Shown: positions 1 through 10,875 of the stretch, piece by piece
Numbering within the stretch: position 1 is the stretch's first letter
Layout: each line of letters starts with the position of its first letter
Assembly: GCF_001194135.2 (NCBI RefSeq)
Contig: NC_068985.1
Span: forward strand, 32,361,145-32,425,144
Direction: 5' to 3'
Length of the DNA: 64,000 nt
Source of the DNA: Octopus bimaculoides
Lineage: Eukaryota
The notes under the pieces: generated by a model
What the model was told of the DNA's origin: nothing
The model's input: only the letters and a program-made list of their open reading frames with translations
The model's database searches: none
Translations under genes and position numbers: made by a program

Positions 1-317
1 GCCATCGTGCTTCAGGATCAGTTACTGCAACAGTTTGGGTTTCAGGGGCCCACAGCTTTTTAATATTCTCCCAAAGAGCCTGAGGAACCTGCACAAAGTA
101 GATGTAGGGGTTTTTAAATCAAAGCTGGACCTCTTCCTGTTGAGAGTCCCAGATGAACCTACCTCACGGCAAGAGGTGCAAATGAGGGTAGCTAAATCAA
201 ACTCCATTGTTCACCAAGTGCCACATATTGTAGGAGGCTCCCCGTAATAACAGTGTAGCAAAATGGCAGTGCATCAGCATGGGTGCAGCTCTGAGCTGAA
301 ACTATAAAAAAAAAAAA
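1..317 (+). mobile_element. 3' end of a CR1/L2-group LINE (RT C-terminal tail, 3' UTR, poly-A)
   Basis: ORF 35-247 'FRGPQLFNILPKSLRNLHKVDVGVFKSKLDLFLLRVPDEP' is homologous to the C-terminus of the LINE at 10.9-11.9 kb. It ends in GCTGAAACTATA followed by an A-run. Confidence 0.8.
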
Positions 318-1334
318 GAAAATATGTCCAACTTGTCAGATTGGAAACTAGAGAAGTTTCTATCAACACATGCTGTCATTGAGCAAATTGTTAGTAGGTT
401 TCTCCAAATGATCACTTTATGTGCAGTCCATAGTAGGTTGCAATGCCAATATGTTTAGAATCTTTGTTGATGTTAAGCCTGATAATGTTTTTACCTAACA
501 TTTTTCAATAAAGGACTGCTTTTATGAATAAAAGAAAACAACTTGCCAGTAGATCAAAGTCTTCATAACTGGTGCTGATATAGATTTGGGCGAGATACAC
601 TGCAGTAAGTGTAAGAGGCTTGTAGAAAGCAAGGCTAATGTAATTGCTTTTATTTAGAAAGTTGGGCACACTGTTACATGTTTCTACATTTTGGGCTATA
701 TACATACACACACACACAAAAAAAGAAAGAAGAGGGAAAGTTTGTGGACAAAGAAGTAATGAAAGAGTAAGAGTGAGAGAGAGAAAAGCAAAAACAGGAA
801 GAGAAAGAGAGAGACATAGACAGTGAGATATGCAAAGAAAAATTGAAATGAGGTTAACGAGGTTTTATATAACATCATAATTTTATGTATAATTTCATTC
901 ACAAAATTCATCAGTCATTTTCCACTGTCTCATTAAGCAAACTGTTTGCATAATTAATTGACAGTCTATCTAATTTAGATGGCATCAGCCAATTTTAGAA
1001 TTTTGGTGGGTAGAGATTGGGTTTCTCATTCCTTTTAGTTCATAAGGTTTCATAATAAAGTGCATAATTACAATGAAGAGTTTATTAACATTTTCTTTTA
1101 TTGCTTCATCAGGGACTGTACTTGTGGCCTTGTATTTTTCAGGTCCTACAAAACTATCTTCAAACTACAGATCTGGCTTGAATCCTTGCAACAGAATGAA
1201 TTCTATCAAGGACACCTAAGGACCATTTCATGGTGTTAAACTAGTTGACAAATTAAATCTACCATCCGAGAACACTAAAGGTGAAGCATCTCATTTGATT
1301 CTCTAATAATTACTACATTCCACTGCTCTGGACT

Positions 1335-1460
1335 GATACTTTGTTTTATGGATCCTTAATGGATGAAAGACAAAGTTGACCTTGGTGAGTTTTGAACTCA
1401 GAATGCAGAAATCCAGAAGAGATGCTTTAAATCATTTTATCGTATGTTTTAATGACTGCT
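1335..1460 (-). mobile_element. Degenerate tRNA-headed SINE (family X, as at 25.6 kb)
   Basis: 'ggatgaaagacaaagttgaccttggtgagttttgaactcagaatg' matches the family-X body seen at 19.5 and 25.7 kb. Confidence 0.6.
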
Positions 1461-1529
1461 AATTCACTACAATAATTACAAATGTTTTATCACTGTGATC
1501 ACTTATACTTAAGTATGCATTCAAGATGT

Positions 1530-2324
1530 GCAGCCAGAGGCATCAAGCTGTTAGATCAGGTTATGAAAGTTACAGAGAGGGTCATAGCCCAACTAATTAG
1601 GGAGCGAATCAATTTAGATGAGATGCAGTTTGGGTTCGTGCCAGGTAAAAGCACTACTGATGCCTTATTTCTAGTGAGACAGCTGCAGGAGAAATACCTA
1701 GCTAAGGTTAAACCTCTGTACCTGGCTTTCGTTGACATGGAGAAAGCCTTTGACAGGGTCACCCGATCCCTTATCTGGTGGTCAATGAGGAAACTTGGGA
1801 TAGAAGAATGGTTNNNNNNNNNNGGGGTCCACCAAGGTTCCGTCCTCAGCCCCCACTTATTTATCATAGTTCTCCAGGCAATCACAGAGGAGTTCAAGAC
1901 AGGATGCCCCTGGGAGCTCCTCTATGCTGATGACCTTGCCCTAATTGCGGAGTCACTATCAGAACTAGAGGAGAAGTTTCAGGTGTGGAAGCAAGGTCTA
2001 GAATTGAAGGGCCTTAGAGTCAACCTAGCTAAAACCAAAATCCTAATAATTAGGAAGGTAGATAAAACACAAACCCCTTCAGGTAGATGGCCCTGCTGAG
2101 TACGTAGAAAAGGAGTAGGTAGTAACTCTATAAGATGCAAGCTATGGACACATAAGAGGTGCAGCAACATCAAAGGCAGGTTAACTAGGAAGTTAGTTTT
2201 TGTTTGTGGCAGATGTTCAGGTGCAATAAAGACTGTAAACAAACAGGAAACAACTTCTATCTCATTCCAGGGTGAAAAACTAGAGGTAGTCGATAGCTTC
2301 CGCTATCTGGGCGACCAAATTAGT
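1530..2324 (+). mobile_element. RTE-clade LINE reverse transcriptase fragment
   Basis: Translation shows RT motifs QFGFVPGKSTTDA, FVDMEKAFDRV, GVHQGSVLSP and LLYADDL. It runs into the N gap and is homologous to the copy at 56.7-58.0 kb. Confidence 0.92.
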
Positions 2325-3115
2325 NNNNNNNNNNNNNNNNNNNNNNNNNNNNNNNNNNNNNNNNNNNNNNNNNNNNNNNNNNNNNNNNNNNNNNNNNNNN
2401 NNNNNNNNNNNNNNNNNNNNNNNNNNNNNNNNNNNNNNNNNNNNNNNNNNNNNNNNNNNNNNNNNNNNNNNNNNNNNNNNNNNNNNNNNNNNNNNNNNNN
2501 NNNNNNNNNNNNNNNNNNNNNNNNNNNNNNNNNNNNNNNNNNNNNNNNNNNNNNNNNNNNNNNNNNNNNNNNNNNNNNNNNNNNNNNNNNNNNNNNNNNN
2601 NNNNNNNNNNNNNNNNNNNNNNNNNNNNNNNNNNNNNNNNNNNNNNNNNNNNNNNNNNNNNNNNNNNNNNNNNNNNNNNNNNNNNNNNNNNNNNNNNNNN
2701 NNNNNNNNNNNNNNNNNNNNNNNNNNNNNNNNNNNNNNNNNNNNNNNNNNNNNNNNNNNNNNNNNNNNNNNNNNNNNNNNNNNNNNNNNNNNNNNNNNNN
2801 NNNNNNNNNNNNNNNNNNNNNNNNNNNNNNNNNNNNNNNNNNNNNNNNNNNNNNNNNNNNNNNNNNNNNNNNNNNNNNNNNNNNNNNNNNNNNNNNNNNN
2901 NNNNNNNNNNNNNNNNNNNNNNNNNNNNNNNNNNNNNNNNNNNNNNNNNNNNNNNNNNNNNNNNNNNNNNNNNNNNNNNNNNNNNNNNNNNNNNNNNNNN
3001 NNNNNNNNNNNNNNNNNNNNNNNNNNNNNNNNNNNNNNNNNNNNNNNNNNNNNNNNNNNNNNNNNNNNNNNNNNNNNNNNNNNNNNNNNNNNNNNNNNNN
3101 NNNNNNNNNNNNNNN

Positions 3116-3475
3116 GCGATGACTACTGACCGAGACCTTTGGAAATGTGCTGTGCGTGAGAAGACCCGGCAAGCCAAGTAAGATCGTTGCCAGTGCCCCT
3201 GGACTGGCTCTTGTGCGGGTGGCACATAAGATGCACCATTCTGAGCGTGGCCGTTGCCAGTATCGCCTGACTGGCCTTTGTGCAGGTGACACGTAAAAGC
3301 ACCTACTACACTCTCTGAGTGGTTGGCGTTAAGAAGGGCATCCAGCTGTAGAAACTCTGCCAAATTTAGATTGGAGCCTGGTGTTGCCATCTGGTTTCAC
3401 CAGTCCTCAGTCAAGTCGTCCAACCCATGCTAGCATGGAAAGCGGACGTTAAACGATGATGATGATGATGATGAT
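3116..3475 (+). mobile_element. RTE LINE 3' end with (GAT)n tail, probably the same element as 1530-2324
   Basis: 'gacctttggaaatgtgctgtg' encodes the DLWKxAV end of the ORF, then 3' UTR, then 'gcatggaaagcggacgttaaacgatgatgatgat'. Confidence 0.85.
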
Positions 3476-4998
3476 TTCTGTTTGTTTCACATTTCTTCAC
3501 TTATTTACTTACTTATTATTCTGTTATTTCAACATATTTAATTATACTGTATAATCAATGCTCTAGTTTACCTTACATATTCATCACACTGCTTCAATTC
3601 TTGTAGAATGTTTTTATCTTCTTCAAAACTAAATGAAGTTTTCAATAGCTTGCCAAACTATAGGGTTACAATTTAGAGTACAAAATCTAGATGTAACAGT
3701 TCAATGTTTTGTCTAAAGAGTCAAAATTAATTAGTGATAGGTACTTTGACAATTATTTTACTGAAAATTATTTTATTAGATTATATTTGAATAATTTCAC
3801 AGCTAATGCTGATACAATCTTTCCTAAACATGCGCTAGGTTTTTTTGAATGTGCTGTATATTTTTGGCAAATTTTATTCTATATTTCAGAGATATGTATT
3901 GAGATTTGCTTGTACAATTAATCATTTCTTTGTTTTGAAAAGTTTTATTACTTCCTTTGAGTATTTATATTTGTTTATCTGCATGGTAGTACTCATGATC
4001 TTTACGCCCGTCTTGATAGAAGATTTTAGTTGATGCTTTAGATTGTTTCAAGTTAGTATATGGAGAAAGCACGGAGTTTCTCTTTACAGAGAGTAAAATT
4101 TAGACAAAAAATTTTAGTACTTATATAACAAACTGCCAATTACAGGGCATCAGTGTATGAAAGTTTCTAAGGGCATCCAGCTTCAAGCCTATTATTGCAA
4201 CAAGAACAATAGGGAATAGCATGAGACTAAAGATAGAGATGTAGTAAACAATCACTTATTCACTAAATTCTTCACTGACCTTATTGCCAATCCCAATTTA
4301 GCTTAAATCACTTTATTACCTAGCCAGAAAAAGTTTGTACAAGTGAATGGTCTACACTTGATTCTGTCAGAACCAATGGGATTGTAGAGAGCGTGACTCA
4401 GTTGGATGTTCCGGTTTAGTATACTAAGTAAATAGCATATTCTTGGATTTGATCTGAAACGAGCTTGTGTGCATGAGTATTTTTGTATATCTGCTTGTGG
4501 TTGGTCATTGTACCATCTCATATATCAGAGATGTAGTCTGGTCTTGATATATGTCAATCTTGTAACTGGTTAGTAGCTGATCAAGCTGATGTAACGGCTG
4601 ACCCTAAGAAAAAAATGTAGGATTTTTAGGACAATTTAGAGAATGTGAAGCTATCATTTAGAGCACATGAGGTCTTCATGTAAGTTTTCTGGAGATTATT
4701 GAGCATAGTATATGTCCATGTATTAGATGTGAAGCATACACCATCTAAGGGTAGAAGGAATTTTTGTGGAATTGTTAATTCCTTGAGAAACATGACATAT
4801 ATATTTTAGTACTATTAATGGCATTTTATGAAGCAATATTTACCTCCATTTATTTTGCCCATGACAAATAATTCTTCAATAATGTTAATCAAATAGTTAA
4901 AAAAAAACAACTAAATTCTTCATATTGTTTTGAAATGAGAAAAATATATTTCAATGCTTGTAATACTGTTTCTAAATTATATATATANNNNNNNNNNG

Positions 4999-5470
4999 AC
5001 AGGTGGTGTAGACACCAAACAGATGTATTAGTATAACGCTCAGGAAGTGAAAAGGTCTTTAATGTTTCGAGCCTACGATCTTCCACAGAAAGGAACACAG
5101 AAAGAAACAAAGAGAGAAAAAAAAATGTATAGTGGCTATCGATCTATCATGGCGAATGCCGGACAGAAGGGTCACACAGGAGAGTTAAGAAGAAGGGGAG
5201 ATAACAAAGTAGTAGTGATCCCAAAACTACAGAGCCTGCGTAGATGGAGGAATTGGGAATAGGGAATGGAAAGCTTGGTGTGTTTAGGGTGGAAGGAGGA
5301 GAAGTTGAGGCATGAGTGTGAGTCTGTGTGTTTGTAGTGGATGGAGGTGGTGAGAGTGGAGTGATGAATGCTGACCGAAATGTCAAGAAAGGAGACAGAG
5401 GTGTCAGAGATAGTGCAGGAGAAGTGGAGGGCAGGATGGAAAGATTTGACAAAAGATGGGAAGGCGTCTA
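4999..5470 (-). mobile_element. Penelope-like element fragment (RT C-terminal part plus terminal-repeat-like segment)
   Basis: Minus ORF 'SVSFLDISVSI..LTTSIHYKHTDSHSCLNFSSFHPKHTKLSIPYSQFLHLRRLCS' fits the PLE RT pattern FLD...YxKPT..YL.xxS.HP..K.SIPYSQFLRLRRICS. A hammerhead-like motif lies at 5064-5088. Confidence 0.85.
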
Positions 5471-5476
5471 TATGCA

Positions 5477-5540
5477 TTTGTTTAGTATGTGGTATGTAAC
5501 CAGGTTCACAAAAAGAGCTTTTCTGTGATTACCATTGGAT

Positions 5541-5574
<34 letters not shown>

Positions 5575-5688
5575 TATATGTATGGATTTATATGAATTTA
5601 ATGTACAATATATGGATTCATATAATCCAATGGTAATCACAAAAAAGCTCTTTTTGTGAACCTGGTTACATACCACATACTAAACAAA
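5477..5688. repeat. 68-bp inverted repeat pair around a (TA)n-rich spacer (MITE-like or foldback)
   Basis: 5477-5544 is the reverse complement of 5621-5688 with one mismatch. The same peptide 'FSMWYVTRFTKRAFL' appears in opposite-strand ORFs. Confidence 0.9.
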
Positions 5689-5837
5689 AACATAGAAGTG
5701 TAATTTAAATTATTTTTGCATGATGTTGGCTGTGAAATGGCTGTCATCCTATGGATATCAAGTGGGGAAATAAATATATTCATCTCATACCTCTTGACTT
5801 TCTTTATGTTCTCCCCCTCCCTCTCTCTCTCTCTCAA

Positions 5838-6110
5838 TACATTTGTTGTTGTTGGCACTCCATCGCTTACGACATTGAGGGTTCCAGTTGATCCGATCAA
5901 CGGAACAGCCTGCTCATGAAATTAACGCGCAAGTGGCTGAGCACTCCACAGACATGTGTACCCTTAACGTAGTTCTTGGGGATATTCAGCGTGACACAAT
6001 GTGACAAGGCTGGCCCTTTGAAATACAGGTACAACAGAAACAGGAAGAAAGAGTGAGAGAAAGTTGTGGTGGAAGAGTACAGCAGGGTTCGTGGAGCCTC
6101 GTGGAGCTTT
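5838..6110 (+). mobile_element. SINE-like interspersed repeat, family unassigned
   Basis: GC-richer non-coding block 'gttgatccgatcaacggaacagcctgctc...gtggctgagcactccacagac...ggctggccctttgaaatacagg' resembling a repeat I associate with octopus genomes. It is single-copy in this window. Confidence 0.5.
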
Positions 6111-6600
6111 AGGTGTTTTCGCTCAATAAACACNNNNNNNNNNNNNNNNNNNNNNNNNNNNNNNNNNNNNNNNNNNNNNNNNNNNNNNNNNNNNNNNNNN
6201 NNNNNNNNNNNNNNNNNNNNNNNNNNNNNNNNNNNNNNNNNNNNNNNNNNNNNNNNNNNNNNNNNNNNNNNNNNNNNNNNNNNNNNNNNNNNNNNNNNNN
6301 NNNNNNNNNNNNNNNNNNNNNNNNNNNNNNNNNNNNNNNNNNNNNNNNNNNNNNNNNNNNNNNNNNNNNNNNNNNNNNNNNNNNNNNNNNNNNNNNNNNN
6401 NNNNNNNNNNNNNNNNNNNNNNNNNNNNNNNNNNNNNNNNNNNNNNNNNNNNNNNNNNNNNNNNNNNNNNNNNNNNNNNNNNNNNNNNNNNNNNNNNNNN
6501 NNNNNNNNNNNNNNNNNNNNNNNNNNNNNNNNNNNNNNNNNNNNNNNNNNNNNNNNNNNNNNNNNNNNNNNNNNNNNNNNTATATATATATATATATATA

Positions 6601-6988
6601 TATTATCTTTTACTTGTTTCAGTTATCAAGCTGTGGCCATTTAGTCAAATGAATTGACCCCAGTACTTCTTTTTAAGCCTGGTACTTATTCTGTTGGTTT
6701 CTTTTGCTGAACCACTAAGTTACAGGCATGCAAACACACCAACGCCTGTTGTCAAATGGTGGTGGGGGACAAACACAGACACAAAGATGCATACACACAT
6801 GCATATGTGTGTGGACACATACACAAACACATGATGGGATTCTTTCAGTTTCCATCTACCAAATTCACCCACAATTTTTGGTCGGCTTGAGGCTAAAGTA
6901 GAAGACACTTGGTCAAAGTTCCATGCAATGGGAATGAACCTGGAACCATGTGGTTGGGAAGAAAACTTCTTACTACACAGTCATGTCT
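6601..6988 (-). mobile_element. tRNA-headed SINE, family Y, CR1-like tail
   Basis: Minus strand has A-box-like TGTGTAGTAAG, B-box-like GGTTCCAGGTTCATTCCC, core 'caagtgtcttctac...gatggaaactgaaagaa' and tail 'actgaaacaagtaaaagataa'. Homologous to the copies at 31.7 and 54.3 kb. Confidence 0.8.
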
Positions 6989-6989
6989 A

Positions 6990-7092
6990 CATGTATGTAT
7001 GTATGTATGTATGTATGTATGTATGTATGTATGCATGTATGCATGTATGCATGCATGTATGTATGTATGTGTGCAAGTGCATGTGTGTGTAT
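6990..7092. repeat. (ATGT)n/(ATGC)n microsatellite
   Basis: Read directly from the sequence. Confidence 0.95.
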
Positions 7093-7445
7093 GTTAATGA
7101 CTTAGAAGAAGGGTAGTGCCCATGGCAGACTGATTGTAGTAACACTGCAGGGAGGAAGGGTTAAAATAATCCTCATATTGAAAACCTGCCTTTGTGTTTT
7201 CAGCAGAGTGAACTCTACTAAGGGCACCCAAAGCTCAGATGGGATGTTAAGCCAAGTCATGAGTTAAGTTTACGACTCGAGATCAGTACTGTTGACTGGT
7301 TTCTCAGTTTTACAGTGATAAAATTTCACTTAAAATGCTTTGGTCATCTTGAGACTGGTAGAAAACATTTCCTCAGTTGCACCCTAAGCTATGTGGTTGG
7401 ATTGAACTCAAAATAGCACATGTCTGAATCCAAGTGGACAAGAAG

Positions 7446-7484
<39 letters not shown>

Positions 7485-8654
7485 GGAGAAGCGAAAGTGA
7501 GAGAAGGAAAGGGGAGAGAGAAAGAAGGAGATTAAAAAAAGAGAGGAGGAGTAGAATGTTCAACATTCTTTTAAGCTGGAGAGGGCATATTGATATTACT
7601 TCTTTTAGAAAAATCTTTATTATTGCCCATGGATCATCTTGAAGTATTTTTTGAAATATTTATTCATAATTTTCGATATGATCTTTTAAAGGGTAATGTA
7701 TCATATTTTGTTTCAGGACTTCTTTTTTTGCAGAGCACCTGAGATTTATGGAAGGAAGGGAGAAAGTTCTCAGACCAGAGATTGGTCTCAATGCTTGTAA
7801 TGAAGTAGGCTCTTCCAAAGGGACCCAGGGGCTAGCTGGTGGTGTTAAATGGGGAAATGGATTAAGTTTACCACTCAGGAACATGTACCATCAATCAAAC
7901 AGATTCCATACATTAGGAACATGTACAGTCTATCCAACAAATTCTATATACTTACTATCAAATTTCCCTCACAAGGCTTAAGTGAACCTGAGGCTATAGT
8001 AGAAAACACCTAGCCAAAGATCCACACTGTAGGATCACACCCAGAACCCTATGGTTGTAAAGCAAACTCCTTTCAGATTAACAAAAACTTCAGATCTAAT
8101 ATATATTAATCTTTGACTACCAGAAATCCAGATCATATCTAAACTTAGCCTTACCTTATTAATTATACATCATGTGATAACTTGATTATATTTAAACTTA
8201 GTTTCCTTTGGAGTTATAGGTGATTTTCACTTCAAATTTACTTGTTTGAAAAACATCTATAGGATATTGAAAGTGAATATTTTATAGTAATGGAGATCAA
8301 GTGGAAGAGGAGGAGAAAACCCATGTTAGTAGGATCGTTTATTGGAATACTCATACAGACAAAATATAATCATTGCAGAATTTGAAATCATATCGATTTC
8401 TCTTCGTTACCAACTTGGATCAGTTTTGTAGACACAGAGGTATGAAAAAGACTGATCAATCTCGTTGAAATTTGAACCAGGAACACAGATACTGAACTAA
8501 TTACATAAAGCTTCTATTCAAGCCTTCTACCATAACTTTACATTTTGAATTCTCTTGTTAACAAATTTTATAGAAAAAGTGATAGTAAACTTATTCTGCA
8601 AAAAAAAAAAATAAGTAAACAAACGAAACTGGAAGATATGAGAAACTAAAAATA

Positions 8655-8775
8655 GTTTTGCGGAATGGCGGTGTTGTATTGAATTGAGAGCAGACGATAA
8701 CCAATGCATCACGTGATTAACATAAATAACGAGGGCGAGAATTGGACGAGAGCATTGAGCCAAAATGGTGGCCAC
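8655..8775 (+). promoter_or_regulatory. Candidate TATA-less promoter
   Basis: Abrupt CpG enrichment. YY1-like AATGGCGG at 8664 and AAAATGGTGGC at 8762, CCAAT at 8701, palindrome ATCACGTGAT at 8708-8717, reverse CCAAT (ATTGG) at 8741. Confidence 0.6.
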
Positions 8776-9091
8776 AGCAGCAGTGGTGGCACAAGCGATT
8801 ACTGACTGGAATGTACTACTACCGCTGCCATCCGCGCAACTACTGCTGGCATTTAGTTTACTTACTACTACTCCTTCGACTGTAGTATAAGTACACTACA
8901 CTATTATTACTTAGGACATACTACTATCACTACAACTAAATCGTTTCTACCCCGTCCCCGGCTGCTATCGCTGCAGCAGTCCTCAGTGAAAAGTAGATAC
9001 GATAAATAGTATTTAGGGAGGCGCCGCTACCGTTACGACGGATTCATTTGTGTATGGCTGCTGCGACGGCCTGAGCAGTTGTTGTGTTCAG
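8760..9091 (+). other. Candidate non-coding first exon of a + strand gene (start position approximate)
   Basis: CpG-rich, ends at a strong donor CAG|GTAAGC (GT at 9092). No ATG-led frame reaches the donor. Short uORFs at 8765-8890 (41 aa) and 9054-9074 (MAAATA*). The downstream + strand is T-rich. Confidence 0.55.
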
Positions 9092-9201
9092 GTAAGCTTT
9101 GCTTGATCCTTAACTTTTTGCCTGTGAGAATACCACTACATACAAACTACACGCGCACACACCACCTTAACCCTTTATAGTTCTTATCTAATGGCTACCT
9201 G

Positions 9202-9233
<32 letters not shown>

Positions 9234-10133
9234 ATCAGTCAGAGGCTCTGAGGGTGTTCACTTGTTTCATTGTCTCTGTCCCTACAAACATACGTGCAGT
9301 TACTGTATTACTGATACAAGGTTAGGCTTTGGGTAGGGCACAATCTATTGTCTACCTCTGACAGCGATTCGTCATGGGTTCAATTTCTATGAGTTTTCTT
9401 CCTTATTTGCCTTCTCAGACTTTCTTTGTTTAGATCTCCTACAGTTTTTCATGGCTTGTTGTCTGGTTGTCAACAATTTCCTGCGTTTTCTTTTTTCACT
9501 CTTTTGATCGTGTGCCTCTTTACAAATACGTTCCGTCATAATTCAGCTGTAGATGAATACAGTTTGAGACGTGCCGACTGGACAAACGATGGACTTCTAC
9601 CATAAGTCAGACTAATACACACACACTAGTTGTAGCAAAGTGTCTGTACACACACACACACACACACATATACGTACATCGCTACTTATTCGTAATATTT
9701 TAGCGGCTCTTTATTGAGAGGAGCATGTGTTACATTGTCACTTTTTACATGTGTGCGCTAGCCTCTTCGTTATGTCTGATTAAATGTGTTAGAACTGTAA
9801 CCGCATTTGTACATATACAAAAAATGCCACGGTATATTTGTATGAAGATTTAAAGCAGAGATTGGGAAATTTCTGTTTATGGATAAAATAATTATAAATA
9901 TACCTGTCAATTTGAATATGTAAGATCATATATAATGCGTGTGTGATGATTATTTGTAGATAAGGTATGTGAACAAGATCGTTGATGTACCGGTCGATAG
10001 TCTGTTAATCCCGATGATGACATCTTTTCACTCAATTATATAAATCTCTAAAACCGTATATTTAATAACTAATGTAGGATTCGTAAATATTGTCTGGTAA
10101 TCTTCCTTGACTGTAAACTTAAATGTTTTGTAG

Positions 10134-10150
10134 GTTTCAAGCGGTATGAG
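10134..10150 (+). other. Candidate micro-exon (10 or 17 nt)
   Basis: ttttgtag|GTTTCAAGCG|gtatga or ...GGTATGAG|gtaatt. The longer form carries ATG AG. Confidence 0.25.
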
Positions 10151-10407
10151 GTAATTAATGTTTCTCTGTATATGTATAATCTATCACAGCTAATTTTCAC
10201 GCGGTTTTATCTAAATTCTTAATAATAAAACATATTTAAAAATGAGTTAACTCTTAACGGAAGGAAAAAAATTAAACTGTTTCATTTCGGTCAGTAGGCT
10301 CATCCTTAATGGTGACTTGAGGTAATCCTTGTTTACACTAGGATAGTAGTAGAAACTAAATGTCATGCCAACTAATGTCACATTGTACTCATAGATATGA
10401 TGGTAGT

Positions 10408-10410
10408 GTA

Positions 10411-10484
<74 letters not shown>

Positions 10485-10575
10485 CATATATACATACATA
10501 TATACATACATACATATATACATACATACATACATATATATACATACATACATATATATACATACATACATATAT

Positions 10576-10606
<31 letters not shown>

Positions 10607-10875
10607 CATATATATATAAAGTTGTTGTATATTGTTAATTTAATGTGACAATCCCAATAAGTGAATATACTACTGTGGTTTAGCCCTAGGAAGCTGGACC
10701 GCTTCCTGTTGGCCTTGACATATTTACTGTGTCCTTATGTTTGCGAGGGGGAGACAAACTCCTCCACCCAGCCTATATATATATACATATATATATGTAT
10801 ATTTATATCTATAGATATATATATACATACATGCATATATATATCTATATATATACATATTTATATATACATACA
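10408..10875. repeat. (TA)n and (TACA)n microsatellite arrays
   Basis: Read directly, in two blocks (10408-10618 and 10775-10875). They are the source of the YI-rich spurious ORFs. Confidence 0.95.

Noticed and set aside
2303-3390. Long 329 and 356 aa ORFs (likewise 6066-6652 and 13067-13372)
   Set aside because: Their length comes from N runs. The homologous RTE segment is about 485 bp against a 791-N gap, most simply a gap-size estimate error.
8765-8890. 41-aa hydrophobic ORF in exon 1 as a micropeptide gene
   Set aside because: Its ATG overlaps the YY1-like motif and the rest is ACT/GCA-type low complexity. Kept only as a possible uORF.
9107-9180. TCCTTAAC and CCTTAAC followed by AG (U12 branch-like)
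   Set aside because: They sit only 15-75 nt after a U2 donor, with no upstream U12 donor and no exon-closing donor.
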